Shown here: positions 9,044-19,637 of the stretch, piece by piece | Layout: every line of letters begins with the position of its first letter | Numbering within the stretch: position 1 is the first letter of the stretch | Assembly: GCA_047150005.1 (NCBI GenBank) | Contig: AP038806.1 | Location: 32,001-96,000 of the forward strand | From: Nitrospira sp. | Lineage (GTDB): Bacteria; Nitrospirota; Nitrospiria; Nitrospirales; Nitrospiraceae | DNA length: 64,000 bases | Direction of reading: 5' to 3' | Position numbers and translations under genes: made by a program | The notes under the pieces: generated by a model | Databases searched by the model: none | Seen by the model: the letters and a program-made list of their open reading frames with translations, nothing else | What the model was told of the DNA's origin: nothing

Positions 9044-12000
9044 ATGGCAGGGATCCAGCGTAGTTCTCCAGACTGGTCGATCAAGCGAGGCTTACCTTCT
9101 CCTCGAAAGGGCCGCCGGTCTGCAGAATCTGTCCCAAGTTTTCCACGTGAGTTTCTGACCGACCAATCAACCGTAGCCGAGGAATTCACCGCAGAGCCAC
9201 GCGCGGGCGCGCGACGGAGAGGTGCTGCCCCAGCCCCACTCGACTTTACCTACGAGATCGCAGATGGCGAATCGGTAGTTCTGGCCATCCGCCATCCTTC
9301 CGGCGCCCTCACATTTCATTTGCCGGTGGAATCCACCCGCCGCGGAACAGGGAAGGCGGGGCAGACAAGGTTCATCGTGGCTGTGCGTTCCACCGATGTG
9401 GAGACCGGACGGCGAGGCATTATCAGCAAAGCCGTGAAGGCAATTCTGATCAAAGTCGGCACGGTGGTCATAGACAAAGCTGTGAGCTTTGTCTTGCCCA
9501 AGCTCGCGGCGGCTTTTGAAAAGGCGGCATGGAACAGACGGAATCTGAAAGAGGGCTGGCTCGCAGTCACACGAGACTCGTTGGCCAAAGGGTCGCTCAA
9601 ATCGGGAACGCCGAACTCAACTGATCGAACCCTGTTGTTCATCCACGGAACGTTTTCCAACGCGGAGTCTGCGTTTGGTCCACTGGCATCGTCAACCTTC
9701 TTCGACCGCGTTGCGTCGCTATACGACGGCCGTATCTTCGCATTCAACCATTTCACCGTGAGCCGTACGCCGGAAGAGAACGCGCGCATGCTCCTCGACG
9801 GTCTGCCGGACAAGACGATTACGTTCGACGTCGTGACGCATTCGCGCGGTGGGCTCGTGTTGCGCAATCTGGTGGAGCGCGCATCCGTATTCGGTCCGCT
9901 TGCCGGACGTTTCAAGTTGGGACGCGCGGTGCTCGTGGCATCGCCAAACGATGGCACGCCGCTGGCAACGCCGGCTCGCTGGCAGGACACTGTGGGGTGG
10001 ATCGCGAATCTGTTGGAACTCTTCCCCGACAACCCATTTACGACAGGGGCGGAGTTCGTGGCCAACGGATTGGTGTGGCTGGCTCGACATGCCTCCGGTG
10101 ACTTGCCGGGGATTCACTCCATGGACAGCGCGGGCGATTTGATCGGAGAACTTCAAGGGCCGCCGGGACCGCCTCCCGAGGCGTATTCCGCGCTGGTCGC
10201 CAACTACAATCCGACCGGTGATGTCCTCAAGCGCTTGCTCGACACCGGAGTCGATCAGTTCTTCGGTTCAGCGAACGATCTCGTGGTTCCTTCCGAGGGA
10301 GGCTGGAGGGTCGATCATTCAGGCATGGCCTTTATTCCAGGCCAGCGTATCGGCTGCTTTGGACCCGGGGGAAATCTTGCGCCGGACTCGGTCACCCATG
10401 TCAATTTTTTCCAGCGTCAGGAAACGGTGGACTTTCTGGTCACGGCGCTCGAAGGCCAGCCGCAACCATTGACCTCCATGGATCCGTCAAGGGCATTACC
10501 GGACCGCCGCTTATTGCGTTCTGCCGGCCCAACGGCAGTGGGTGTTGCGGCAGCTCTTCCCGTCAAAGCTCCGGCAGTCGTCCCTGTCGCAGCCCCGCCG
10601 GGTAGCCCCCTGCGTGTCTTGTCGGATGGATCCGCCGTCGCGCCGTCCGATTCCTTTCATCTCGTGATCATGCCGCGATCGGACAGCGATGAGGAACGTT
10701 GCCAAATCCTTGCTCACTATGGATCGGCGCGCGTTTTGGAGGACTTCTATCTGCGGGGGACCACCGACAACGCCGGGATGCGGTGGAAACAGATCATCGA
10801 CCAGAACGAGAAGATCAGAGACTATATCGACCAGAACATCGGGCAGATGCCCACCGACAAAGCGCTACAGCATTTCGGAGAAATCTTGTTCAAAACTCTG
10901 TTCCCAGGGATGGTTCTCCGGCTCTACGATACGGCCCGCTCGCTCCAGCGTAGTGAAAGATTAAACGTGATTTTAACTTCCACTATTCCTTGGGTTGCGG
11001 ATAAACCCTGGGAGTTCTCCTACGATCCCGTTCGGAAAACCTCGCTGGCCACTGAAGAAATGCACTTTATCCGCAACGTGATCACGGCCATACCGGCTGA
11101 AATCATCGATGACCGACAGCGCTTGCGCATTCTCGTGGTGTCCGCGCAGCCCGTGGGCCTGGGAAAGCTTTCCATTGAAGAGGAAGAAGCTGTGATCCGC
11201 CGAGGCTTCGAACCCTTGCGTGAGGCTGGCCTGGCGGATATCGAAGTGCTGGCGCGGGCCACACCCGCCTCGTTACATGGCCACGTTTCTACGGGACATT
11301 TCTCGGTTGTGCATTTCATCGGCCATGGAGAATATGACAAGAGCGAAGAGAAAGGGTTCTTGGTCTTTCAGGACGAACAGGGAACGCCCTACCGGGTGGA
11401 CGATCGGTCCATACGCGAAATCTTCTGTGGTCGCGGGATCAGACTCGTATTCCTGAATGCGTGCGAGACGGGCCAAGGCGGGCGTGTCGATTTCAATCGT
11501 GGTGTCGCGCCGGCATTGGTCGCCGGTGGCGTACCGATTGTGATCGCGAACCAGTACAAGGTCTTGGATACCTCCGCGACGTTTTTTGCCCAGCATTTCT
11601 ACTGGTCACTGGCCCAGGGCATGGCTGTCGGGGAAGCGGCACGTGAGGCACGGATCGCGGTGAACTATTCGTTGTCCGGCGAATCCATCGATTGGGCTGT
11701 GCCTGTCGTGTACGCCCGGGATCCGAACAGCCGCCTGTGTCCGAAACGGCCCATCGTTCCCAGTGCGATGCCCTCGCCGGCCGTGCGCGCTTCTTGCCGT
11801 CGAAGCACAGCGCAGCACACAGTACGCATCGCTGTTTGGGACATACACTCCCAATTTCCGGCATTGCGCCCGACGCTCGAGCGAATTAATGCCGTTCAAA
11901 AGATCTACGGCTTTGAGATCGTCGACCTCTCGGTGCCCATGGACGCCTGGCACATGAAGGGGAAAGCGCGGTATCTGGACGCCGACCGATTTGCTGATCG

Positions 12001-12415
12001 CCTTGCTCCACAGATCTCTCAGCTCGGAGTGCAGTACATCAGCGCCATCGTCGACGAATGGATGGTCTGCGGCTTGAAGACCGGAAAGCCGATTTACAAT
12101 ATCTATGGGTGGTGGCCGGACAAAGGCAAGCCCCCGGTTCTGATCTTCTCCTCAAAGGGCCTAGGCTTGGAGCCCACCGGACCGGCCACCGATAGAGCCA
12201 TCGCCAACGGCGCGGTCAGCGGAATCGCAGGTTACATGCTGGATGAAGAATCACACGAGAAAGGACCTGTCGAATGTCCTAATTTCTTCAATCCACGACG
12301 CAAGCTCACCTTGCTGACGGGCCGTCAGAAGTTCTGCAAACCCTGTTTGGACAAACTGAGAGCATATCCGAAGGAACTGAAGGCATTGAACGCGATCCTA
12401 GGCGCCTTCGACTAG
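9044..12415 (+). CDS. Fusion of alpha/beta-hydrolase (lipase-like), CHAT caspase-like protease and a C-terminal Cys-rich domain
   Basis: FIHGTFS / THSRGG / NDLVV / VTH hydrolase motifs. CHAT dyad HFIGHG and FLNAC. C-terminal H...CP...FCKPC. GGAGG RBS. Confidence 0.9.
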   Translation: MAGIQRSSPDWSIKRGLPSPRKGRRSAESVPSFPREFLTDQSTVAEEFTAEPRAGARRRGAAPAPLDFTYEIADGESVVLAIRHPSGALTFHLPVESTRRGTGKAGQTRFIVAVRSTDVETGRRGIISKAVKAILIKVGTVVIDKAVSFVLPKLAAAFEKAAWNRRNLKEGWLAVTRDSLAKGSLKSGTPNSTDRTLLFIHGTFSNAESAFGPLASSTFFDRVASLYDGRIFAFNHFTVSRTPEENARMLLDGLPDKTITFDVVTHSRGGLVLRNLVERASVFGPLAGRFKLGRAVLVASPNDGTPLATPARWQDTVGWIANLLELFPDNPFTTGAEFVANGLVWLARHASGDLPGIHSMDSAGDLIGELQGPPGPPPEAYSALVANYNPTGDVLKRLLDTGVDQFFGSANDLVVPSEGGWRVDHSGMAFIPGQRIGCFGPGGNLAPDSVTHVNFFQRQETVDFLVTALEGQPQPLTSMDPSRALPDRRLLRSAGPTAVGVAAALPVKAPAVVPVAAPPGSPLRVLSDGSAVAPSDSFHLVIMPRSDSDEERCQILAHYGSARVLEDFYLRGTTDNAGMRWKQIIDQNEKIRDYIDQNIGQMPTDKALQHFGEILFKTLFPGMVLRLYDTARSLQRSERLNVILTSTIPWVADKPWEFSYDPVRKTSLATEEMHFIRNVITAIPAEIIDDRQRLRILVVSAQPVGLGKLSIEEEEAVIRRGFEPLREAGLADIEVLARATPASLHGHVSTGHFSVVHFIGHGEYDKSEEKGFLVFQDEQGTPYRVDDRSIREIFCGRGIRLVFLNACETGQGGRVDFNRGVAPALVAGGVPIVIANQYKVLDTSATFFAQHFYWSLAQGMAVGEAAREARIAVNYSLSGESIDWAVPVVYARDPNSRLCPKRPIVPSAMPSPAVRASCRRSTAQHTVRIAVWDIHSQFPALRPTLERINAVQKIYGFEIVDLSVPMDAWHMKGKARYLDADRFADRLAPQISQLGVQYISAIVDEWMVCGLKTGKPIYNIYGWWPDKGKPPVLIFSSKGLGLEPTGPATDRAIANGAVSGIAGYMLDEESHEKGPVECPNFFNPRRKLTLLTGRQKFCKPCLDKLRAYPKELKALNAILGAFD

Positions 12416-12532
12416 AATTCATTCGCGAAATGACAGACTCTCTTTTCGGGTAGTCAACGACGTATTGCGATCGCGCCGGTGTTGTCCCCCTTATCCCTTT
12501 TCGATGCAACGGAACGTGTGAAGTCGTTCGAG

Positions 12533-13090
12533 TTATCCCAACACCCAGATGGCAACTCCAGACATCTCCCGTAACAAGCGATCGACGATCCTGTTACCGA
12601 GGAACCGCCTGGTGCCTGCAGTCCCATGACGAGTGACCACAATGGTGCCATACCCTCCGGACTTGCCCTCATCCATAATGGTGTCTGCAATATCACGTTC
12701 ATGGCCGAACTTGAGCGTCACGCGATCAAGAGGAAACCCCGCCTGTCCGAGCGGTCCCAGCGCTTTCAGGAGGATGGGATATTCGATGGCTGACTCTGTC
12801 CGCACCCACTCCTCCTGATCTTTGCGTAACTGCGCTTCGAGACGGTCCTCAATCTTCGGATCCTCGGAGCCGCCGTGCTCCATCAATTCACGAGGCATGG
12901 GCTTCAACACATGAAACAGAGTCACGCTTACGTCGTGCGTGTCGCGCAGCATCGATCCCACGTATGTCGCGGCCTGAATGGACTGATCCGAGTCTTCCAC
13001 GACGACAAGAATTTTCTTCGGAATCACGCTGGTTGCGGAGACCTGTTCGCCTATGGAAGTAGATGTGGTTGATTTCGATATCGTGGCCAT
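12533..13090 (-). CDS. Universal stress protein
   Basis: KKILVVVEDS N-terminus, TIVVTRHG...FLG, IWVL C-terminus. Confidence 0.85.
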   Translation of the reverse strand: MATISKSTTSTSIGEQVSATSVIPKKILVVVEDSDQSIQAATYVGSMLRDTHDVSVTLFHVLKPMPRELMEHGGSEDPKIEDRLEAQLRKDQEEWVRTESAIEYPILLKALGPLGQAGFPLDRVTLKFGHERDIADTIMDEGKSGGYGTIVVTRHGTAGTRRFLGNRIVDRLLREMSGVAIWVLG

Positions 13091-13448
13091 ACTTCACCCT
13101 CAAAAAGAGGAAATGGCACGAGACAACAGGCGGTGAATGATATCGCTCAGAAGCCCGCCGTCACATCGACGGGCCACTCTGGCGCGGTGGACTCAGGTCT
13201 TCCATAGCACCCCTTCTGGTCAAACACTGTGCGCTCGACCGAACATGGCACGGCACTAAGCCTATTCCCGAGGGGGGAAATAAGTCAACGATCTGGAACG
13301 GACCAAAGGATCCAGGCAAAGATGATCCACGAGAGCCTACCCTTGTTTAGGACAGAGGGACAAAAAACTAGGATCCTCTCCTAGACGCGGTGTCATACCT
13401 ATTCTAAAATCGGGTTCGCTGAAACAGTTGGAAAGCGGTGCCCCTACG

Positions 13449-16022
13449 ATGAGAGGGCTCGCATTGGCTGGTGATGGCTCGGCGGTCCATGTCTCCAACT
13501 ATCAGGTTTGGCGCGAGCAATTCATCGCGCAGCGTCTTCGTGTCCTCTATCTTGTCGGCTTGATCGTCAATCCGATCTTCGGTGCCCTCGATGCGCTTGC
13601 CTATCCAGAACACCTCCGTGAGCTGCTCCTGTTGCGTGGAGTTCTCGAATTCGGCTTGTGTATCGGATTCATTGCGCTTCGATTTCAACTTGCCTTAGTG
13701 AAGCCGGAAGTCCTGCTCGCGTTGTGGATCCTCATCCCCAACATCTGTATCGCACACATGTTTCTCGTGCTTTCCGAATTCAACTCGACGTACTACAACG
13801 GCTTAGCGTTGGTCATGTTGACAGCCGCGGTCATTGTCCCGGTTTCGTGGATGAGCCATCTCGTCGCGCAAATTGGCACGTTGCTGTATTTCTATGGCGC
13901 ACTTATGGTGCATGGCTTGACGGTCATGCACCCGCGGCTTCTGGCAGAAAGCATCTTCTTCCTGGTCTTCTTCTGCGTGGCATTCCAGATTTCATTACAC
14001 CTGTATGAGCGACTACAGAAGCGTGAATTTCTGGCCAAACGAGAACTAGAAGCTTCAAACGATAAATTGCAGGCTCTTGATCGGCTCAAAAGCGAATTCT
14101 TCGCGAATATCAGCCACGAGTTACGAACCCCGCTTACCGTGAGTCTTGGGGCTTTTAAGCAAGCCTTGAAATCGTCTCTGGCTCCTTCGCTGCAGTCCGT
14201 ACTCGAATCAGGGCTCCGCAATACAGCGCGACTGCTTTTCCTCATTAATGAACTCTTGGAGCTGTCAAAGTTTGAGAGTGGCCACACTGAGATCAAAAGA
14301 GTCTGCATTGACTTCCGAATGTTAGTGACAAATGTCGCATCAAACTTTGAGTCTTCAGAGCGTCAACGCATCTTTATCGAAGCACCTTCGGAGCCTCTTC
14401 CTCTCGCGGTGGATGTGCGACGAATGGTGAAGGTTATGTATAACCTTCTGGCGAATGCATTCAAGTTTAGTGATCCGCAATTGGGTAACGTCTGGATTCG
14501 GATCACGTCGCAGGAGCATCAAGTCATTCTCGAAATTGAGGATAACGGGATCGGGATTTCCGAAGACCACATTGATCAGATATTCGGTCGATTTTATCAG
14601 GTCGAAGGCCACCTCAGCAGGCGATATGAAGGTAGCGGTATTGGACTGGCATTAGCGAAAGAAATAGTGGTCCTTCACGGCGGAAGCATTGCGGTACGAA
14701 GTGCGGTCGGCAAGGGATCAACCTTCACGGTGACATTACCGCGGGGCCAAGAGCATCAGGGCCAGATGGTCGCAATTGAAGGCGAGGACATCGGCGACAT
14801 TCCTATCAATATACCGGACGGAACCACTCGTCACGCAGTCCCGGCATCCGATCACGATTCTCATGATGGCTCCACTGTCCTCGTCGTCGACGACAATGCC
14901 GACATGCGAGCATATTTGACGCGCTTACTCTCGGATACGTATCACGTGATCGTGGCCTGCAACGGCGCCGACGCGCTGGAAAAGGTCCGTGCTCAGGTGC
15001 CGGACCTTGTCGTGGCCGACATGATGATGCCCCTCATGAGCGGATATGATTTGTTGAAGGCCATTCGTGCGACGGAAGGGCTGAAGACCCTCCCATTTAT
15101 TATGCTCACCGCCCGAGCAGGGACTGAGGCTCGTGTGGAGACTTACGAAGCCGGGGCCGACGATTACGTGACTAAGCCCTTCGGCGAAGAGGAACTGTTG
15201 GCTCGCATCTCCAATCAGTTGCGCCTCCACCGCCAAGAACGCGAGTTGGAGCTGCAGACCGCTGAGTTACGCCAACTTGCTTCGCAGCTTGAGCGAGCCA
15301 ACGCGGAACTTCGTGAACTGAGTCAAAGGAAATCCGAGTTCGTCGGGATTGTGTCCCATGACCTCCGAACGCCGCTGACGGCGATGATTACGTTACTGGA
15401 TAACCTGCTGGAAGGATTAGCCGGCTCCCTGAATGAAAAACAGAAGCAGTACCTTCTCCGGATCAACAATAATGGGTGGCGCCTGATCCGAATGATCAAT
15501 GATCTGTTAGACATTGCCAAGATCGAGTCTGGAGCCATTAACTTTGACCCCAAAGCGTTGGACCTCGCTGCCTTCCTTGAAAACCTCGTCGATGGGCTCC
15601 GGTCGGTCACACAGGAAAAAGGAGTACGCTTGCAAGCGCTGTTGAATGGCCCAGCGTGGTCCAAAGCCGACTCGGACAAACTTCATCAGGTATTCACCAA
15701 TCTCATCGATAATGCCGCCAAGTTTACCAAGGCGGGAGGGGAAGTTCGGGTGGAGTTGAACACGGACGGGAAAGATTTCGTTCGGATTTGCGTCTCAGAC
15801 ACGGGATGTGGAATCTCGCCGGAGGATTTGCCCCACGTGTTTGAAAAATTTTACCGAGGTCGGGATCGCCACAGTGCCAGAGGGGCTGGGTTAGGCCTCG
15901 CGATTGTGAAGCATTATGTCGAATTACACGGCGGCCGGATCTGGGTCGAAAGCGCGCCCCAGGAGGGAAGTCGCTTCTATGTGGAAATCCCACGTATCGC
16001 ACCCGCGGTACAGGATTCATGA
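13449..16022 (+). CDS. Membrane hybrid sensor kinase: TM - HisKA/HATPase - REC - HisKA/HATPase
   Basis: Two H-boxes (SHELRTP, SHDLRTP), two N/G1/G2 box sets, central VVDD...D..MP...KP receiver. Start uncertain (13428 or 13449). Confidence 0.9.
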   Translation: MRGLALAGDGSAVHVSNYQVWREQFIAQRLRVLYLVGLIVNPIFGALDALAYPEHLRELLLLRGVLEFGLCIGFIALRFQLALVKPEVLLALWILIPNICIAHMFLVLSEFNSTYYNGLALVMLTAAVIVPVSWMSHLVAQIGTLLYFYGALMVHGLTVMHPRLLAESIFFLVFFCVAFQISLHLYERLQKREFLAKRELEASNDKLQALDRLKSEFFANISHELRTPLTVSLGAFKQALKSSLAPSLQSVLESGLRNTARLLFLINELLELSKFESGHTEIKRVCIDFRMLVTNVASNFESSERQRIFIEAPSEPLPLAVDVRRMVKVMYNLLANAFKFSDPQLGNVWIRITSQEHQVILEIEDNGIGISEDHIDQIFGRFYQVEGHLSRRYEGSGIGLALAKEIVVLHGGSIAVRSAVGKGSTFTVTLPRGQEHQGQMVAIEGEDIGDIPINIPDGTTRHAVPASDHDSHDGSTVLVVDDNADMRAYLTRLLSDTYHVIVACNGADALEKVRAQVPDLVVADMMMPLMSGYDLLKAIRATEGLKTLPFIMLTARAGTEARVETYEAGADDYVTKPFGEEELLARISNQLRLHRQERELELQTAELRQLASQLERANAELRELSQRKSEFVGIVSHDLRTPLTAMITLLDNLLEGLAGSLNEKQKQYLLRINNNGWRLIRMINDLLDIAKIESGAINFDPKALDLAAFLENLVDGLRSVTQEKGVRLQALLNGPAWSKADSDKLHQVFTNLIDNAAKFTKAGGEVRVELNTDGKDFVRICVSDTGCGISPEDLPHVFEKFYRGRDRHSARGAGLGLAIVKHYVELHGGRIWVESAPQEGSRFYVEIPRIAPAVQDS

Positions 16023-16134
16023 CGTGATCGTGTGACGGGACAGAGCTTTCTAAGCTCATTGCATGCCGCTGGACCTATCCGCTTCGAAAAAGTACACTAG
16101 CCTCTAGGCGAGGCCGGCCAGGAGGAACCGGTCC

Positions 16135-17202
16135 GTGAAGCATCAGCGCATCATCGTCAGTCACTACGGTGGCCCGGAGGAACTTCGGCTGGTTGAAGAA
16201 GAGCGCCCCGAGCCGAAGTGTGGTGAAGTGCGGGTGAAAGTGCAGGCCGCCGGTGTTTCCTTGCCCGACATCATGATGCGCGAGGGCATTCACCCCGAGA
16301 CTCCCCGCCTGCCTTTCACGCTGGGATGGGATCTGGTTGGTGTGGTAGATCGGCTCGGTAACGGTGTCTCTGGAGTCGAAACAGGCCAGACCGTTGCCGC
16401 GCTCCCGATCTTCGGTGGGTATGCAGAGTTTGTATGCCTGCCCCAACGTGAACTGGTTCCAGTGCCCACCGGGTTGGATAACACAGAGGCTGTCAGCCTC
16501 ATCCTGAACTACGTAACCGCTTACCAGATGCTGCATCGCTCCGCGAAGGTCGCACCAGGTCAGCGCGTGCTGATTCACGGCGCGGCAGGCGGAGTGGGCT
16601 CGGCGCTCTTGCAGCTCGGGCGCCTCGTCGGACTGGAGATGTACGGGACCTGTTCATCGCGAGGGGCATCGACCGTCTCTGATCTCAGCGGTATCCCGAT
16701 TGATTATCACCATCAGGACTTCGTGAAAGAAATTCACCGCCTCACGGGTGACGGTGTCGACGTCGTGTTTGAGAGCATCGGTGGTACCCACATCTGGCGT
16801 TCCCGAGAGGCTCTGCGTTCCGGCGGGACAGTCGTGGCGTATGGCCTGACCGGTTCGCTCCGTGAGGGCCGCCTGGCTTCCGGTCGTTCAGGTACTCGCC
16901 ATCGGTTTCGTGCGATCGCCATCTTCGGGTTGTACATAGCCGCCGGCTGGCTTCTTCCCGGCCGGAAACGGGTGGTTCCTTACAGCATTCAGTGGTTCAA
17001 ACGGCTACGACCGGCATGGTTTCGACAGGACTTGATTGCGTTGCTCGACCTCCTTCAACAGCACAAGATCAAGCCGCTGGTCGCGCAGCAATTTCCTCTT
17101 GCAGAGGCCAGACAGGCGCACGAGTTGTTGGGAAAGGGAGGCGTGATCGGCAAGCTCGTGCTCGTGCCGAACGGATCTACGCTTGTATCATCAGCGGCTT
17201 AA
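16135..17202 (+). CDS. Medium-chain dehydrogenase / NADPH:quinone reductase family
   Basis: HGAAGGVG nucleotide-binding motif, GGYAE, AGGAGG RBS before GTG. Confidence 0.9.
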   Translation: MKHQRIIVSHYGGPEELRLVEEERPEPKCGEVRVKVQAAGVSLPDIMMREGIHPETPRLPFTLGWDLVGVVDRLGNGVSGVETGQTVAALPIFGGYAEFVCLPQRELVPVPTGLDNTEAVSLILNYVTAYQMLHRSAKVAPGQRVLIHGAAGGVGSALLQLGRLVGLEMYGTCSSRGASTVSDLSGIPIDYHHQDFVKEIHRLTGDGVDVVFESIGGTHIWRSREALRSGGTVVAYGLTGSLREGRLASGRSGTRHRFRAIAIFGLYIAAGWLLPGRKRVVPYSIQWFKRLRPAWFRQDLIALLDLLQQHKIKPLVAQQFPLAEARQAHELLGKGGVIGKLVLVPNGSTLVSSAA

Positions 17203-17387
17203 GAACACGCGTTTTGCAGAACACGTTGTGTAGAATTCGCCTCTCCCCCCTGGATTGCAGATGATCAGCGAAACGGCAGAAAGGCACTGCTCGCAGCCGG
17301 CGACATGTTCGGACCAGGGTGCACGACACAAAGGAGTCTCCTGGTGGCGTGTACCCTGAAACGCCGGTTAGGCAAAACCTTTCAACT

Positions 17388-17890
17388 TTACCTATTGCGA
17401 GTCAGGTTAGCGGATCGCACCGCGAACGGATACGCAATCAGTCTCAGAAAGAGTACCGTTGCGAGCGTGCCTCGGCCATCGGCCACCAACGCGTATGCAT
17501 ATCCCTTCGGAGCCAACTTATCATCGAGCAGCAACGCCACACACTCACCGATATCTGTCTCGAAATTAATTCCTACAGCAAGAGTTCTTGCCCGTCTCGG
17601 TCCACTCGCGACAATGTCGGCATCGGTTTCCGTCAAGCAACTCCCGAATCGGAGGTGGACTCCGCTCTCTACCGCTTGGCGCTTCAGGGACGTATCCAGT
17701 GTCTCCTTTGTGGAACCTCTCTGCACCAGATAGGCGATGGGTTCGACAGAACTCACCTGAGTGGAGCTTCGCGGTCCATAAGACGACACCTTATGGATAG
17801 GCCGGCAATAGAAATCGGGCTTGATGCCTATTGGGCCGAGGGCTGTGAGGAGATCACGATGTTGTCGTGAGCCCTTGGCAGACGTCGTGC
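17388..17890 (-). pseudogene. Internal fragment of an NAD(P)/FAD-dependent oxidoreductase (geranylgeranyl reductase-like)
   Basis: YLVQRG..LDTSLKRQA and LAPKGYAY segments. No GxGxxG N-terminus and no normal C-terminus. Boundaries approximate. Confidence 0.55.
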
Positions 17891-18303
17891 CCGCAAGCTG
17901 AAGGCGCGTATTTTTCTGAATACACCCCTACAGAGGGCCGAAACGCCATCCATTCAAGTTTCAAGAACTTGCGAACCAATTCATCGAGGGATGAACGGCA
18001 TGAGGTTTGCTATTCTAGTTTTTTTCACTACAGAACTGATTTGCCAAACGGTGCGGCATGGACAGATCTGTGGGGCTACAACTCTTCGACAACCCGCTCG
18101 CTGTCGCATAAGCCGTCGCTCAGCCACGCTCGGTGCGGCCCACTTGCCCCACAATTGTCCACTCGCGTTGGGATACGGCCAAGAGGTTCGTTCCAATCAT
18201 CGGCGTCCCCGTGAGGCCAACCTGTTGAACGGATGAATATGCGAGAGAACGCCCGCGTGAGTCAGTCGAGTCTTTCCTTCTACTTTCAACCTCGGAGGAT
18301 TCT

Positions 18304-18729
18304 ATGAAATGTCCTGACTGTATGATGGACAACGCGAAGGAAGCGAGATTCTGTAGGTATTGCAACCTGCATTTTGCGACACGCACCCGGTCCAAGCCAT
18401 CCGGTGCCGGCTCTGTCGGAAATTACTTCGGGTTCAGGCAGATGGTCACGCCATTTTGGATCCAAATCACCTATGTTCTTGGTATCACCATCATTGTGAT
18501 CGTGGCGGCGGTGGCCATCGCCTTTCCGCACCTTTTTGCCACTGCCTCCGTCGAAGACCTGTGGGTTCGGGTGGGCGGGGTTCTCCTCCTGCTGATGGGG
18601 AATCTGATTTGGCGTGTGCTGTGTGAGGGGGCGATTGTCGTCTTTCGGATGTATTCGCTCCTAATGAGCCTGGACGATCGGGCCCGCTGGATCGGTGAAA
18701 TGGAGGCGGTGCAACAGTATCGGAGATGA
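18304..18729 (+). CDS. Zinc-ribbon plus DUF4282-like membrane protein
   Basis: CPDC...FCRYC, F..MVTP, WRVLCE..IV.F. GGAGG RBS. Confidence 0.8.
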   Translation: MKCPDCMMDNAKEARFCRYCNLHFATRTRSKPSGAGSVGNYFGFRQMVTPFWIQITYVLGITIIVIVAAVAIAFPHLFATASVEDLWVRVGGVLLLLMGNLIWRVLCEGAIVVFRMYSLLMSLDDRARWIGEMEAVQQYRR

Positions 18730-18881
18730 AGACACGTAGTCTACACCGCCGCTCGTACGACTTGTCTGGACTGGTGTGGCCGCTGCCGAGTCCATCATCG
18801 TTCCTTAGAGTAATTGACTTCTCTAATCCTTCGGCGTAGGAAGTGGCCGTCTTCTCCCTCCATTCTGGTTGAGGCGTGAGC

Positions 18882-19637
18882 ATGCCACAACTCGAGTTGT
18901 TAGACCGTCAAGAAGAGCAATGGGCTCTACTACGCAAAGAGCGAGGAGGCGAGGGAAGATCGCTCGCAATTTTCATACATGGCTTTCTAGGCGACCACCT
19001 AACCACATGGGGTCGCCTACCAGAAATGCTTCGTGAAAATACGCAAGATGATCCAGTGTTGGCCGATTGGGATTTTTTGTTTCTTGGCTACCCTACCAGA
19101 CAGATCGCCAGCTATCTTGATATAGCGCGTCTCATCGCCACTCAGTGGGAAAAAGCGGCAAATGGGAGATTACCTTTCGGAGGAGCTTATACCCGAGTCG
19201 CGCTTCTTGGTCACTCGCTCGGAACGCTCGGTATACGCCAGTTGCTCTGTGCGGGTGTGATGCAACCACCAAGGATGCTCCAAGCACTGCACAGTGTTAC
19301 CCTTTTTGGCACTCCACTAAACGGGAGTGGTCTCGCCGGCGTCGCTGCATGGGTCGTGGGTGGGAAAATTGCGGACGCACTAAAGCCAGGAAACCCACAG
19401 TTACGGATGCTAAAGTCCTGGAACGAAACGATACACCCTCATCTCAAATGGTGTCGCGTGCGTGTTGTCCTTGGAACAGACGACCAAGTAGTCGGGAACG
19501 AATACGCCGATCTCATTAACTTCCTAGGTGACGCTACACCCTATTCTTTGCTGAATTTTGATCACAAGAACCTTGTTAAACCTAACGACTGGTCCACTTC
19601 GACCATTCGAGATGAGATTAGAGAGGCGCTTCGATGA
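18882..19637 (+). CDS. Alpha/beta hydrolase (DUF676/PGAP1-like esterase-lipase)
   Basis: FIHGFLG, GHSLG, FGTPLNGS, DQVV, DH. No signal peptide. Confidence 0.85.
   Translation: MPQLELLDRQEEQWALLRKERGGEGRSLAIFIHGFLGDHLTTWGRLPEMLRENTQDDPVLADWDFLFLGYPTRQIASYLDIARLIATQWEKAANGRLPFGGAYTRVALLGHSLGTLGIRQLLCAGVMQPPRMLQALHSVTLFGTPLNGSGLAGVAAWVVGGKIADALKPGNPQLRMLKSWNETIHPHLKWCRVRVVLGTDDQVVGNEYADLINFLGDATPYSLLNFDHKNLVKPNDWSTSTIRDEIREALR

Noticed and set aside
12419..12433. Imperfect palindrome TCATTCGCGAAATGA after the CHAT gene
   Set aside because: Single short occurrence with no supporting context.
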